Of a DNA stretch of 64,000 bases, positions 49,334-62,335 are shown piece by piece. Position 1 is the first letter of the stretch. Each line of letters opens with the position of its first letter. The translations under genes and the position numbers were made by a program. This DNA comes from Mytilus edulis. Lineage: Eukaryota. The stretch is from contig NC_092349.1 of NCBI RefSeq assembly GCF_963676685.1, positions 37,138,001 through 37,202,000 of the forward strand. The letters run 5' to 3'. A model generated the notes under the pieces. It saw nothing but the letters and a program-made list of their open reading frames with translations, ran no database searches and was not told where the DNA came from.

Positions 49334-49425
49334 AGCATTTGACCTTTGGTACCTTCTAGATAAATGTCCCATGAAGCTGAAGCTGTCAGTGCATAACACA
49401 AGGAAGAAAAACCTATCGTCAGGAT
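49334..49425 (-). CDS. ICE2/SERINC-like membrane protein, exon 3
   Basis: TTTTATTGTAG acceptor, GTAAGT donor, 92 nt, phase 0-2, ILTIGFSSLCYALTASASWDIYLEGTKGQM. Confidence 0.87.
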
Positions 49426-50142
49426 CTACAATAAAAGAAATAGAGATTAACTCATGTTAACAAAGACAAAATGAAAATTATCATGTTTATATGTATACAT
49501 CTATATATTTGTAGATGAAAGCCAAATTTCCAAAATAAATAAAAAAGTGAATATCACCATTTCAGGCTCAATAACTCCATGAACATGATGAAGAAGGGTT
49601 GTCAAATAAAATATTTGCCACTCAATGTTAAACAACCATTACTCAATCAGTCTGGTATAACATTTATTTATTTACAATCTCATTCCCTTTTCACTAATGT
49701 GACCTACAGAGTTACTATTTACCAGGTTTGTAATAACATGAACAACACTACAGGTGGCACATGAGGAACAGGAGCACCTGAGATCCCTCAAAAGACCCAG
49801 TTTTTAGTGGGGTTTGTGTTGCTTAGTCTAAATTAGTTATCTATCTTGTGTTTTTAGTACTATTGTTTATAGATACATTTATAAGAAGATGTGGTATGAG
49901 TGCTAATAAGACAACTCACCATCTAAGTCACAATTTTTTGTCTGTTTGTTTTTTTGTTTTTTATGTTTTTTAGCCAATGGCTTTGTCAGTTTATGGTACT
50001 TTTCGCCACTCTTTTTATACAATGTATTCCAACAGGTATAACTTGAATTTATGTGAATGAGAATGTAAATAGAACTTTACAAGTAATGAACAGCCTTTTT
50101 TTTACCTGTACTTAGTTACAAGTAATCAACAGGCTTATTTAC

Positions 50143-50367
50143 CTTCCATACATTAGAATCATCTTCTTCCATCTTTTCAATCACTCTCTGACTACAATGC
50201 ATCACAAAGTTCAAGGCCAAAACAATCTCTGCTATCATAAGTGCTGGCTCTGTTACCCATAGTACTTTATCATAGAGCCATACTAAAGGGTAGGGTACCA
50301 GATTTATTGGAAGATATATCAATGTCAATACCAACAGACTTAGATTCAAGTATGGCAATATGTAACG
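50143..50367 (-). CDS. ICE2/SERINC-like membrane protein, exon 2
   Basis: TTTTTCAG acceptor, AAG|GTAAAT donor, 225 nt, phase 0-0, RYILPYLNL...LYDKVLWVTEPALMIAEIVLALNFVMHCSQ...NVWK. Confidence 0.88.
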
Positions 50368-51956
50368 CTGAAAAATAACATGAATAATAAAGCAAGGATG
50401 TGGCATAATATGGAATGTTTGAAAAATTTTGGGCCAACATCTGTAGTTTTGGTAAAACAAACTATGAACAATTTGAGTAAGTTTATAAGTATATTTTATT
50501 ATATAGATTAGACCCACCGTTGGTTTTCCCGTTTGAATGGTTTTACACTAGTAATTTTGGGGCTCTTTATAGCTTGTTGTTCAGTGTGAGCCAAGGCTCT
50601 GTGTTGAAGGCCATACATTGACCTATAATGGTTTACTTTTTTTAAATTGTTATTTGGATGGAGAGTTGTCTCATTGGCACTCACACCACATCTTCCTTTA
50701 TCTAATTAATAAATGTACAAAATTGAAATCATTGAATGATTTTTCTTGAACTTGTGTTTTATCTTAGGGTCAGGACGAATTAATTTTTATTTTGTAAACA
50801 TGGTACATTTGTTAATAGCCTTTTCCAGTAATATCTCACTGTCATGACTATAGTGAACTAATAATATAATATGTTTCATTCAAATATATATTTTTTGTAT
50901 TTACTTTTTGACATAAAACAAAACAAAATGCAAAACATATGTTGTCCTATGAAATATTGCCCCCTCAACCCAACACAATATTTTATGACTATAATAACTT
51001 AAATAATGATTTTTTTTTTATATACAGACAATATTTCATAGATTAAAAGTATGAACTGGGTGGTTATCCACATATATATATTGTACCATGTTTATATTGA
51101 TATGATGGATTATTATGAAATTTTGTCGAGTTGTTTTTTATTTTGTTTACATCTGTCTTTAACTATTGAATGCTGTTTTTGCATTTATCAAGTTTGTTTC
51201 GGAAAGTTCCCGATTTTTTTTCAATTGCTAATTTATTTAATTTGCATGTCATTTCCACTTCATGTGTAACGACACTCATGTTGTTTACTGTGTTAGCTTA
51301 TTTTTTGGAGTTTTCTCGCAAAGAATAAATTTGATTCTGAAAGTTCCATAACCTCTCATTGTTTTTTCTGGTTAGAGCTAAGCAGTTGTTTATTTTCTCG
51401 TACTAATACAGAGCCGGTCATATAAAGACATTTGATTTCTTGTGTAGAGTGTAGTCACCTTTCAATGTATTAGACCCAAAAAATATAGGTCTGTTTCCTG
51501 TTGCCTGACAAACCTGGACTCAAACCCCAGACCCTGGTTTTTTTTTTAAATTCAGGGAAAAAAAAGGACTGCTCCCAGCACAAATGTGCTACAACTAAGG
51601 TTTAAAAAATGTTGGCACTGGGAGAAGTCAATCATTAATAAAAGCTTCTTTATAGAGATTAACACACTTTTGGGTACAGGAACCAAACCAAACATGACAT
51701 TGAACCAACTGCAAATCTGACAGGGAGTGCAAAAACAAAAAACAAAAAATAATAATGAAAAAAAATAATCCCTACCTACCGACCTGGATTTATTTGTCTT
51801 GGCAACAGGAAACAGGCATATATTTTTTTCTCTTTCTACATGTTCTATGCACAAGAGAGTATCTTTGAAACACAAGTTTTGAGAGAATTAGTGTGCTGTA
51901 GACATTTTTTGGGGCATAAGTATTAAGAGTTAATTTTAAATCTTCTGTATATATCA

Positions 51957-53259
51957 GGCCGTGTTCACACCAAACGCTGTGTACAGTAAACATGTTTACA
52001 ATTAGTTTAATGTAATGGACACTGGTTTCACATTAAATTTGTTCACATCTATACACCTTGTTTAATTACATGTACCTGTACATGTACATAAGATTTGTTC
52101 ACACTTGTAAACTATATGTCATTTAAATGTTCATTACGTAGAACCGAACGCAAAGTTTTCGGACAACTTTTCTAGCAGTAAGGGAACAACCATTTGACTT
52201 CAAAAAGGGGGGATGGAAATATTTTGATCCCCAATTGGATAAAAATAATCTGATCATACAGATGATAAAAATAAATATTCTGAATCAAGAGTTTCCCCAT
52301 ACATTATAGTGTTAAATATTTTCAGATTTTTTTTTAAACGTTCGCAGATATCGCCACCCCCCCCCCCCCACCCCCCCCCCCACACCCATTTTGAAGTTAA
52401 GTGGTTGCTCCTTTATAAAATAAAATTGAGAATGGAAATGGGGAATGTCCTTTTGATGATTTGCATTAGTTTAAATAAACTAAAGATGTCTCGATTGCGC
52501 ATTAGAAAATGTAGGTAGGCTGCAGCAGCGTGCTTACAGACGAATACAGAGATATTAGGGATCACTACATTTTTATCTTTTCTGTTTGTTTCAAATGGTA
52601 TTTCTTCTCTAAGGAGTATTTGGCAAAGGGAGATAGTAATGATTTTTTTTTATTTTAAGTGTTATTTAACGAATCTGAGATACTAGACAAACAATCATTT
52701 ACCTCACACAATTTTTAGTCATGCATTTGTGAGTGAATCGTTGTTTGAGTAAAAACCAGTGGCGAATATTTCTATGTACGTCAAATTGATTCCTGAAGAC
52801 CTTTTCAAATGAATAAGGCAGAAACTATTAAATTTTCGTAAAGGGGGGTAATAGATTTTTTCATGACAAATTTTGGTGATGCTGCTTTGAGTCTTGATCA
52901 GGGGTTAATAAAGTATGTTATTTAAAAAATATAAAATAAACATAATATACATTTTAGACAACAATTTTTGTAAAGAACTTTATTAATAATTGTTGAAATT
53001 ATCAATTTTAATCAAAAAAAGTTTCCTCCTTAAATATAAACACGGTTAAAATAATGTCCTACATGTAAATGCCTAGTTTTGTGTACACTTAACCTACACA
53101 TGTACACAAGGCCTACATTGAGTATCGACTGTGTGTAGACAAATCATGATTTAAACTACATGTAAACATCGAGTTTTATCAATGGGAACACAATTCTGTT
53201 TAGTTTACGTGAGAGTTACACTAACACAACACCGAATTTAGGTCAATGTGAACACAGCC
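51957..53259. mobile_element. PIF/Harbinger-type MITE with a nested Kolobok-like MITE (~52181-52411)
   Basis: TCA|GGCCGTGTTCACA...TGTGAACACAGCC|TCA with a 3-bp duplication. Nested GGGAACAACCATTTGACTTCAAAA...TTTTGAAGTTAAGTGGTTGCTCC. Confidence 0.7.
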
Positions 53260-54569
53260 TCAGATGCTAAATATTTAATGCATTACAATCACTACCAAGT
53301 TTGTTTTCAACTGATCCACTGTAAGCAGTCAGGGGTGCTACTTAAACAAGTGATTTCATTATCACCTATTACAGTGATTTGATAAATTCAGTTATCACCT
53401 ATTTAAGTGATTTTTGGTGTTTCCTTTGATCTTCAAATGCTAATTTCATTGATTTTCCATATTTTTACAAACTTTTCTATAATTTTCCTACATAGATCAA
53501 TTATCCCTTTTTCTTTGGATATTAACTTCACCAGTGCGCTTGGGCAGTAAGTTAGTGCGCAAAAGCTTTTAAAAGAACCTTTGGGAATTGTTCTGTAATC
53601 AAGGATTTGTATAGTCCTTGCTGTAATCAAATATATAAATGCATACATTTTGCCAACGTTAACAAATTCGTTAACAGGAAGTTAACGAATTTGTTAACTA
53701 TTGACAATTCAATTAACTAAGCAAATTTTATGAGTTGTTTCTAAAGAAATTCGATTCTAATCTTATTTTAAGAATTTATCTTATGTTATATTCACAAAAA
53801 CAATAGTTTTATATGCATATAGCATTGGTTCTATTGGTGCTAACAAATTTGTTAACGTTAACAATTCGTATACGTTAACAAATTTGTACCTTTCCCGAAC
53901 TGAGTTTGTCTTTGTGACGACAGAAAATCATCAAAAGGATCAAATTGGCTATCTCTAAAACTCGAGTGAACAAGTTAATTTCTGGGTCTAAGATCTGTTA
54001 GATCATTCATGATACATTTGTATATAAGACATGTAGTTAGATGCTGAAAACTGTGACAGTGATCCGATTTTGAAAATCAATACATGTTTATGAAGAAATA
54101 TCTGTATATGCATGATATGTATTGAAATTCTTTTTTATCTGACAATATTGTGTTGTTGAATTTATTGAATGATCTCATCAAGTTCTTGATCTTTGAAGAT
54201 ATATGAAAACTATGCAAGTATTCATTCAGTGATAATATTTTGTGTACACATGTTATGATGCAGGTAACCGGTTCTTACCAAAAAGTTCGGACCATACTGA
54301 GTTATCAATGCATACGCATAAAACAGGATTGACACGCGTAAAATAAGGTCAATTCCACAAAATGATCCGTAAACGGGTACCGTGACAACACATATATATG
54401 GGAGAACATCCACTAAACATCCTAACAAAGGAAAACACATATTGTTGTCACTCAAATATTCAGCGCTCTTTACAACAATACACTTCCGGGAAAATTAAAC
54501 ATGTAATTTTAGAAACGAATTCGGAATTGCAAATACGGATCGTAGTATATGACTATTCCCGAAGTTCCT

Positions 54570-55800
54570 ATTTTGTTATCCAGTTGCCATTGAGGATACC
54601 TCTCTGAACATTCTTTTATATGCAGATGATATAGTTTGACTATCTGAAAGCAAGGAGGGTCTACAAAAATCTCTTGATATTTTACATGAATATAGTTCAA
54701 CATGGAAACTACAAATTAATACTGATAAATCAAAAATTATGATATATAATTCTAATGGCAAGACATTGTTAAACCATTTTACTTATGATAATGCATATCT
54801 TGAAACGGTAACAAATTATTGCTACTCGGGTATTGTTTTTAAGTATAATGGCAATTTTTGCCTTGCTGTGAATACTGTAATGGAAAAAGCCAGGAAGGCA
54901 GATTATAAGATAAAGAAAACTATATAGGGCTCAACAACCCATGTAGACTTCTTGAAAAGTTGTTTGATTGTTTAGTTACTCCCAATTGATTATTCTTACA
55001 TATTGTAGTGAATTTGGGGGGTGGATTCACATTTTAAAGACTCTGATCCCGTTGAAAAACTTAATGTTAAATTTATCAAAGACATATTAGGGGTTCACTG
55101 TAAGGCATCTAAATTAAATGATGGATGTCGAGCCGAATTTAATAGAATTCCCTTAAAAAATAAAATATTATAATAAATATTCAACTACCTGAACCATATA
55201 CATGTAGTTTCTTCGGAAAATTCTTTGGCATATGATATACTCACTAAATCTGCCACGGTAGATTCAAACTATTGGGTCATAAAGGTCAAGAGTCTTTTGA
55301 ATGGACTTGGAATGTCTTATATCATCAATAACTTTAATTATGTTAAAGGTAATTGAAATTCTATTAAACAAAGAATTAATGACCAATGTTTGCAAGTTCA
55401 AAATGTAAATATATTTGAATAAAAAAAGTTAGACTTTTTCAAGAGTGTCTACATAACGGGCCAAAGACCACCCTATGTTGATATATTAAAAAAAACCCAG
55501 AAATGACAGAGCTGCAATATGCAAGATCCGTATTTATAAGCACTCATATGCTGATGATTGAAAGAGGGAGACATCTAAATATTCCCAGAAATGAGAGATC
55601 CTGCTTATGTTATTCTGGTCAAATTGAAAAAGAAAAATATCTTCTTTTACATTGTGAAAAATACTCAACTAAAAGGGCCATATTTTACCAAAAAAGTTTC
55701 CAATAAAATCGTTGATCCTACAAAATTTCAAAAACATGAAAATAATATAATCTTTACACAATCCTAAAATTGACTTCCTCTTTAATTTCAGACCGTTTGA
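54570..55800 (+). mobile_element. Decayed L2/Crack-type non-LTR retrotransposon, 3' half of RT
   Basis: LLYADDIV, GLQKSLDILHEY..WKLQINTDKSKIM, LFDCLVTP, ILGVH, H.LMIERGR...ERSC...C.KY, with many stops and frameshifts. Confidence 0.85.
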
Positions 55801-55985
55801 ACCTGCGTAAAGCAGAACAAACTCTATAAAATTGTCAATATGTCTAATTCATAAGCATTGTTTATAATATTACATATCAATATAGTCATTATTTGCAATA
55901 TTTATTATGTTTGACCAACTATTTGTATTTATTAACCAATTTAGTACATTATTGCCAAAAATGACTGTTTATTAAAAATTACATA

Positions 55986-56102
55986 TTTTCTGTAATGGCC
56001 CTGTTTTTCTGTAATGGCCCTGTTTTTTTCTGTAATGGCCCTGTTTTTCTGTAATGGCCCTGTTTTTTCTGTAATGGCCCTGTTTTTTCTGTAATGGCCC
56101 TG
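55986..56102 (+). repeat. Minisatellite, 6 copies of TTTT(T)CTGTAATGGCCCTG
   Basis: Directly visible; the unit is about 19-21 bp with a variable T run. Confidence 0.9.
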
Positions 56103-56424
56103 TATTGATGCCTAGTTTGTCTGTATTAAGCCCAGTTAGGGTTTTTAATAAAATTAAGTTGTACAGAGTATTATACCTTTTTGTATTTTATTTAATCTAG
56201 TAACCAGCAAACAACATTAAAGAACCATATAAAGGGATCACTGTTAATCCTGTTTTTCAACACATAACTTCATTCAACTTAATATCTTGGATGTTTGGTA
56301 TATTTTAAGCTTTATCATGGTGAAGTACAAATATTTTTTTTCGAACAAAACTATCATTAAAAGAGTAAGAGAGTACATCAAGTTTGCAGCAACACATACA
56401 CTTTTGTTCAGTTGGTTAATAAAT

Positions 56425-56603
56425 GTATTAAAAAATGGGTGTTTTTATAATGGCCCTGTTATATGTCCTCGGTCAGTAATAATGGCCTCTGATGTTTGTA
56501 ATGGCCCTCGGCGTTGCATCGGGCCATTACAGACTTCCTCGACCATTATTACAGACCTTGGACATATAACAGGGCCATTATAAAAACACCCATTCATTAA
56601 TAC
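56425..56603. repeat. Palindromic MITE-like hairpin sharing the TAATGGCCCT motif with the upstream minisatellite
   Basis: AATGGGTGTTTTTATAATGGCCCTGTTATATGTCC mirrored by GGACATATAACAGGGCCATTATAAAAACACCCATT. Confidence 0.85.
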
Positions 56604-56654
56604 TATAGTAATTGATATACCACGAGCCTTAAACATTTATTGTTGATGAGTAAA

Positions 56655-56741
56655 ATAAAGTAAAGTAAAGGAAAGTAAAGTAGTAAAGTAAAGTAAAGTA
56701 AAGTAAAGTAAAGTAAAGTAAAGTAAAGTAAAGTAAAGTAA
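56655..56741 (+). repeat. (GTAAA)n microsatellite
   Basis: Directly visible, at the 3' end of the minus-strand CR1/L2 fragment. Confidence 0.9.
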
Positions 56742-57763
56742 TTCTACTTCTATGTGGTTCATCTGCAGTCAGAAATTCCATATCGCAAATTACTGTGCGC
56801 GTGTGTCAACCAGTACATGCCAAGTTAAAAATAACAAACTTTGTGTATTTACAGGAACAAAAACAAATAAAATTATGTGATGTTTGCAACAACTGTACAG
56901 GGTTAACATCAGGTATCAATAGTTACGCCAGGAACTGCCACACACAGACATGGAAGGCGACTGTTGTGGAAGCTTGGATGGCAACTTCAGGTAGTTGGTT
57001 TCAGACCATTATTGTTCTTGGGATGAAACTGTATTTATAGGCATCCGTTGAAGTGCTGACTCTGGAAAACCTGCATGTCTCTGTGGTATTGTCGGGTTGT
57101 TACAGTTGGTCTCCTGATGTAATCTGGAATAATGACTGATGCTTCTCCATGTAGGATCTTATAAAGGAGTATGAGCCTGGCTCCTTGTCTGCGTGTTGCT
57201 AGTGTTGGCCAGCCAAGTGTATGTAGGATGTTGGTTACAGTTCCTGGTTCACGAGAATAAGTTGATGTCACAAATCGGGCCGCTCTTTGTTGTACCATCT
57301 CGAGGTCCGAGGACCGTCCCCTGGGGTACACCAGAACGTACTGCTTTCATATCACTCCTTTCACCATCTACACAAACTCGTTGATTTCGTTTGGTAAGCC
57401 ATGCGCTTATCCAACCAAGAACATCTCCACGGATACCGTAGTTGCTCATTTTCTGCAATAGCCGTTGGTGTGGGACTGTGTCAAATGCCTTGGAAAAATC
57501 TAAGACAAGCATATCTATTTGTTTTCTCATGTCCAGAGATCGTGCCACTGATTGTATGGTGTTAGTGAATAGTCAAGTCAAGTCAAGTCAAGTCAAGTCA
57601 AGTCAAGTCAAGTCAAGTCAAGTCAAGTCAAGTCAAGTCAAGTCAAGTTTCTGCAATAGACGCTGGTCTGGGACTGTGTCAAATGCCTTGAAAAAATCGA
57701 AGACAAGCATATCTATTTGTTTTCTCATGTCCAGAGATCGTGCCACTGATTCTATGGTATTAG
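56742..57763 (-). mobile_element. CR1/L2-group non-LTR retrotransposon fragment with an internal deletion and a duplicated 5' segment
   Basis: LDFSKAFDTVPHQRLL, SGVPQGTVLGP joined directly to LEMVQQRAARFVT...LGWPTLATRR. 57451-57563 is repeated at ~57649-57762. Confidence 0.9.
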
Positions 57764-58130
57764 TCAAGTCAAGTCAAGTCAAGTCAAGTCAAGTCAAGTC
57801 AAGTCAAGTCAAGTCAAGTCAAGTCAAGTCAAGTCGAGTCAAGTCAAGTCAAGTCAAGTCAAGTCGAGTCGAGTCGAGTCGAGTCGAGTCGAGTCGAGTC
57901 GAGTCGAGTCAAGTCAAGTCAAGTCAAGTCAAGTCAAGTCAAGTCAAGTCAAGTCAAGTCAAGTCAAGTCAAGTCAAGTCAAGTCAAGTCAAGTCAAGTC
58001 GAGTCGAGTCGAGTCGAGTCAAGTCAAGTCAAGTCAAGTCGAGTCAAGTCGAGTCGAGTCGAGTCGAGTCGAGTCGAGTCGAGTCAAGTTAAGTTAAGTT
58101 AAGTTAAGTTAAGTTAAGTTAAGTCAAGTC
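57571..58130 (+). repeat. Compound pentanucleotide microsatellite (AAGTC/GAGTC/AAGTT)n in two tracts (57571-57647, 57762-58130)
   Basis: Directly visible. Confidence 0.95.
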
Positions 58131-58469
58131 AGGAATAAGGAAGTTCTTATCCATTTGTTTGATGTGTTTGAGCTTTGGATTTTGCTTTTTGTATAGGGAC
58201 CTTTCGTTTTGAATTTTCCTCAGAGTTAAGTTTTAACGTGAATTTACTCCATACTTTTTTCATTATTTTTTAAAAGATAACTTTATAAACAACATATATC
58301 TGCTATTTGATATGCAGGAACTTTCATAATCTAATTGATGTATAAAGATGACACTAGCTATATGATATGAGCTATCATATCTAATGACATCAGAGACAAA
58401 TACTACACAACACTGTATTATATATCCTTGATGGAATGTTTGACAATTTTTAACTAAAAAAAGAATTCA

Positions 58470-58845
58470 TCATGATTGAATAATGTTAAATGTATGATAC
58501 ATATTAATAATGTTAAATGTATATTACATGTATGGATAATACTAAATGTACGATACATGTTTGGATAATGTTAAATGTACGATACATGTTTAGATAATGT
58601 TAAATGCATGATACATGTATGAATAATGTTAAATGTATGATACATGTAAGAATAATGTTGAATATACGATACATGTTAAATAATGTTAAATGTATGATAT
58701 ATGTATGAATAATGCTGAATGTATGATACATGTATGAATAATGTTGAATGTACGATACATGTAAGAATAATGTTGAATGTACGATACATGTATGGATAAT
58801 GTTAAATGTATGACACATGTATGAATAATGTTGAATGTATGATAC
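58470..58845 (+). repeat. ~29-bp minisatellite (GAATAATGTTAAATGTATGATACATGTAT), about 13 copies
   Basis: Directly visible tandem units. Confidence 0.9.
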
Positions 58846-59820
58846 TTTTCTAAGAATTGTGACATGTTTGCTTTATCCAGAATTTTGTATACGAAGAAGT
58901 ATTATTCAAAGAAGGCCATATGCATCACAACAGGTATGACAATTTATAGTTTCTAGTGAAAAATTATCAAATATTATTTTAATCAAACAGGGTAATGTCG
59001 CCCAACCAACGAATAAGATAACGGAGAGACACATTTGTCGAATTAAAAATATGCATAGCTAAATACAAAACAAATATGTTATTCTTTGTGAATTTTTTGC
59101 TGTATTGTACATGTTGTATGACAAGAAAAAATACAAACACTTGCATCTGTAATTATGATTGGATTAGCTTTGATGGAATAATATATACAGCTAAATGTTC
59201 TTATGTTTTTGAACTTTTCTTGAGACTAAATTTATGTGGGGAGTGGTGAATACCTAACTACAGAATATGTTTTGCTATAATTGAAAGTAGTGCATGAGTG
59301 ATGATCTTCAGTTACTTCTATTGACGGCATTTGGCCTCTGATGAATAAATTCCAGTTTGGCAATCATACCAAGCCTTCTTTTTATATATAAGTCTAATGC
59401 ACGTCACTGATGAGTCTTTTGTAGACTAAACGGGCGTCTGGCGTATTAAATTATAATCCTGGTACCTTAGAAAACTATATACACAGTAGTGATGTATGTT
59501 TCCACAATTTTGGTTTGAATAAATAATCTTTTAATCGAATTTACGTAATGGATTCGTCATAAATGTAAAACACCTGCAATGATGATTGAGTTCGGTATAT
59601 ATCCCTCTTGTAACCGTAGGGAAACAAGTATCTACTCCGACTGTGCTTGTTCATGTCCACATATTTAGTCATGAAATCCTCTATTTATTCCTATATTTCT
59701 TTAAAATATAATATGAAGAGAAATGTTATATTTTTCTTCATTTGGTCCTAAATGTACCGTCAGTAGGGCTTGACACCCTATATCGATTGAAATCATTGCT
59801 GGGCATTTCACTTCACAAAC

Positions 59821-59919
59821 TTCTAAGTGTCGTTTTATCAGACACACGTAATGCAATAATATAAGATAAGTGACAACAAGAGGGATACATATGTATAGGT
59901 GCAACAATGAACTAAACAT
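59821..59919 (-). CDS. Probable first coding exon of the ICE2/SERINC-like membrane protein
   Basis: MFSSLLHLYICIPLVVTYLILLHYVCLIKRHLE then GAA|GTTTGT donor in phase 0, matching exon 2. A CCAAT motif lies at ~60076. Additional small exons in the 9.4-kb intron cannot be excluded. Confidence 0.6.
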
Positions 59920-60179
59920 TGAAATCAATAGAAAATCATCAAAATGACTTAAAGCAAACACGAATTTTTTGTACCGCGTGTTTATACTTATGTGTATGCA
60001 TATATATAAGATGCAAAAGTAGTGACCAACGTTCAAATATCGTTTTGTTTATTCATTTTAAATGACGAACCGTGACCAATAAAAGAATCTCCAAATGAAA
60101 TTAAAACTTGTGACTTCAGCGTCTTTTGCTTTAATTCGAACCGAGAAGCATGTGTATGTTTTGCTATCTTGATTAAAAC

Positions 60180-60630
60180 CGGAATAGGCCTCACTAGAGG
60201 AGTGAAGAACGAATGCTAGACAAACCACCTTATATTAAATCTCAAATGAGGAAGAAAAGGTGGAAGCTGGCGACAAATTGATACCACTAGACAGATTATC
60301 AAAACATGCATGCTCACTCTTTCCAAATACCATCATGCAAGACCAGCATCAGGAAAGGGTCCTTCTATCCATGTACAAGAAGAGATTTGAACACCTTACC
60401 TGCCTCGATGACCGTTGCAGAACCTATTGACTCGTTCAAGAGCCTACTACATGAACATTCAATATCAAGTCCTATGCTTTTACTTGTACCATGTATAAAT
60501 GTTATGTACAACACAATTTTTTTCATTCTTGTTTAAATATTTTTTGTACTTGTGAGGTTTGCAAGCGCGTACCAAACAGTAACAGGATAGTCAATCTAAT
60601 GACGGTGGCAACTTAGTTGTAGAAGAAAAA
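60180..60630 (+). mobile_element. CR1/L2 3'-end fragment
   Basis: SLEE.R..AR...LY and SFYPCTRRDLNTLP (degenerate SF.PR.IR.WN.LP motif), with an AGAAG tail. Confidence 0.6.
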
Positions 60631-61693
60631 GGCCCAACCTTCTTTCTTCTCCTATATTAAGAATGAGCGGGAAACATTATAAACGAAATATTATCGCTGA
60701 TATGTGCCGTGCAGAAAATTTTACTTTGCTATAACATTTGTTATCTTGTAGTATTGAATCACAAATTAGTGATATGCTTTGTATAGGTGTTCGATTGTCG
60801 TTTGATATAAGATTGAACGCATTAAATTGAGCAATTTAAAAAGTATGAAAAGAAAAATACCATACTAACTTAAAACTTAAAACTAAAAACTTAAAATGGG
60901 AGTTCATAAACCCTGACAAAATCAAACATCATAACGAATGTAAAACAGCTGTCATACATAATACCAGATAAAGGCATTTAGAAATTGATGGACAAATCCA
61001 GTTTATAGTTAGCTAAACCTCCCATACTTTGAATACATCTGAAAGCTGCTCAATCATTAACAACATTAATGATTACATATTTGACTTATCTAGCTCGAAA
61101 AGACAAATTTTGCCGTCATTATGGATTCTGGATGATACCGATTCAAAAACCCAAATGAGGAATTTAGAACGGTGTGAGGGAGATAATTGAAAATTACCCT
61201 ATCTTCTAGATAAATGGAATTCTCACTTCACAATACAGTAATAATTCAGTTTACTATATAGACCTTGTTCTCCATTCATATATTTCTAATTGTAAAAGTC
61301 TAGAATTTTTTTTTTTCGCAAATTTAAGGTTGAATCAAGTCGTAACATGCGTATTGTTTTCTTTATATTAATAGAAATATATAAATTGACACATCTTATT
61401 TAAATTTGGTGAAAATGTTGGCAAACGATATCTTTTCAAATTGTGACAAAGACGTCAATAAGGAAGTTTAAAGCTAGTTATGTATAAGGATTGTCATTGT
61501 GTTTGGGGTGAGGCAGTTGGAATTCAACAATTATCTTAATAGGTAAGAACAAGTATTTCTCCACACCTCATATGAACAGCAAATTATATAGTACGTAAAT
61601 ATTGTTATCTTGTTTTAATTCAAATTATTGCTGTTATTAAGTGTATCAATTATTTGTTTCAATAATTTCTGGAGATATATTTTATCAAATATA

Positions 61694-61885
61694 CTGTGGA
61701 TTCATTATTATTCGTTGGATACCAATTTTCGTGGGTTTCGTGTGTTCAGGTGAACCACGAATTGAAATGTTAAACGAATAACATATTGTCAATAGGCTTT
61801 GTATACAGAAATTGACAAAATCACGAAATCAAATATCAACGAAAGTGCAAGTATTCAGCATTACACGAAAATAATGAATCCACAG
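61694..61885. mobile_element. TA-flanked MITE (CTGTGGATTCATT...AATGAATCCACAG)
   Basis: Perfect TIR and TA flanks; related to 28500-28707. Confidence 0.75.
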
Positions 61886-62303
61886 TAAACACGTGTCTAC
61901 TGGCATACTATAGATTCTGATATTATGATATTATGACATTTTACAAGTTAATCTTTCCCAAAACTGCTAATTATGTCTTTGAAATGGTTTTACTGTAGAC
62001 ATGCAGTCGACATGTCTGAGTAAATTTGGGTTTTGAATAGAAAACGAAAGTACTCCATGTGGTTAGTTATTATTCATGCGCAGTACATATTTGGTATTAT
62101 TTCAACTGTTTCGGCAAATGTTGTGCTGTTATAAAGTTTTCGTATGTTTGGAAAAGATTTAAAACTTATACACATGGCTACCCCACTAGATTATTCATGT
62201 GCCTCATCCAATCAAGAACACTGTAGTCAGGTTGTTATGGTTGATTTCTGTTTGCCAACATTAAAAAAAAAAATACCTTAACCTTCATTATCAACTTGTT
62301 TTC

Positions 62304-62335
<32 letters not shown>

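Noticed and set aside
55986-56102. Regular short direct repeats resembling a CRISPR array
   Set aside because: No unique spacers, head-to-tail units, eukaryotic context.
57442-58092. 216-aa ORF with VKSSQ/VESSR repeats
   Set aside because: Translation of the (AAGTC/GAGTC)n microsatellite plus the antisense strand of an RT fragment; not a gene.
58470-58845. 29-bp repeats of CRISPR-like length and ORF 58600..58818
   Set aside because: Contiguous minisatellite without spacers; the ORF is a by-product.
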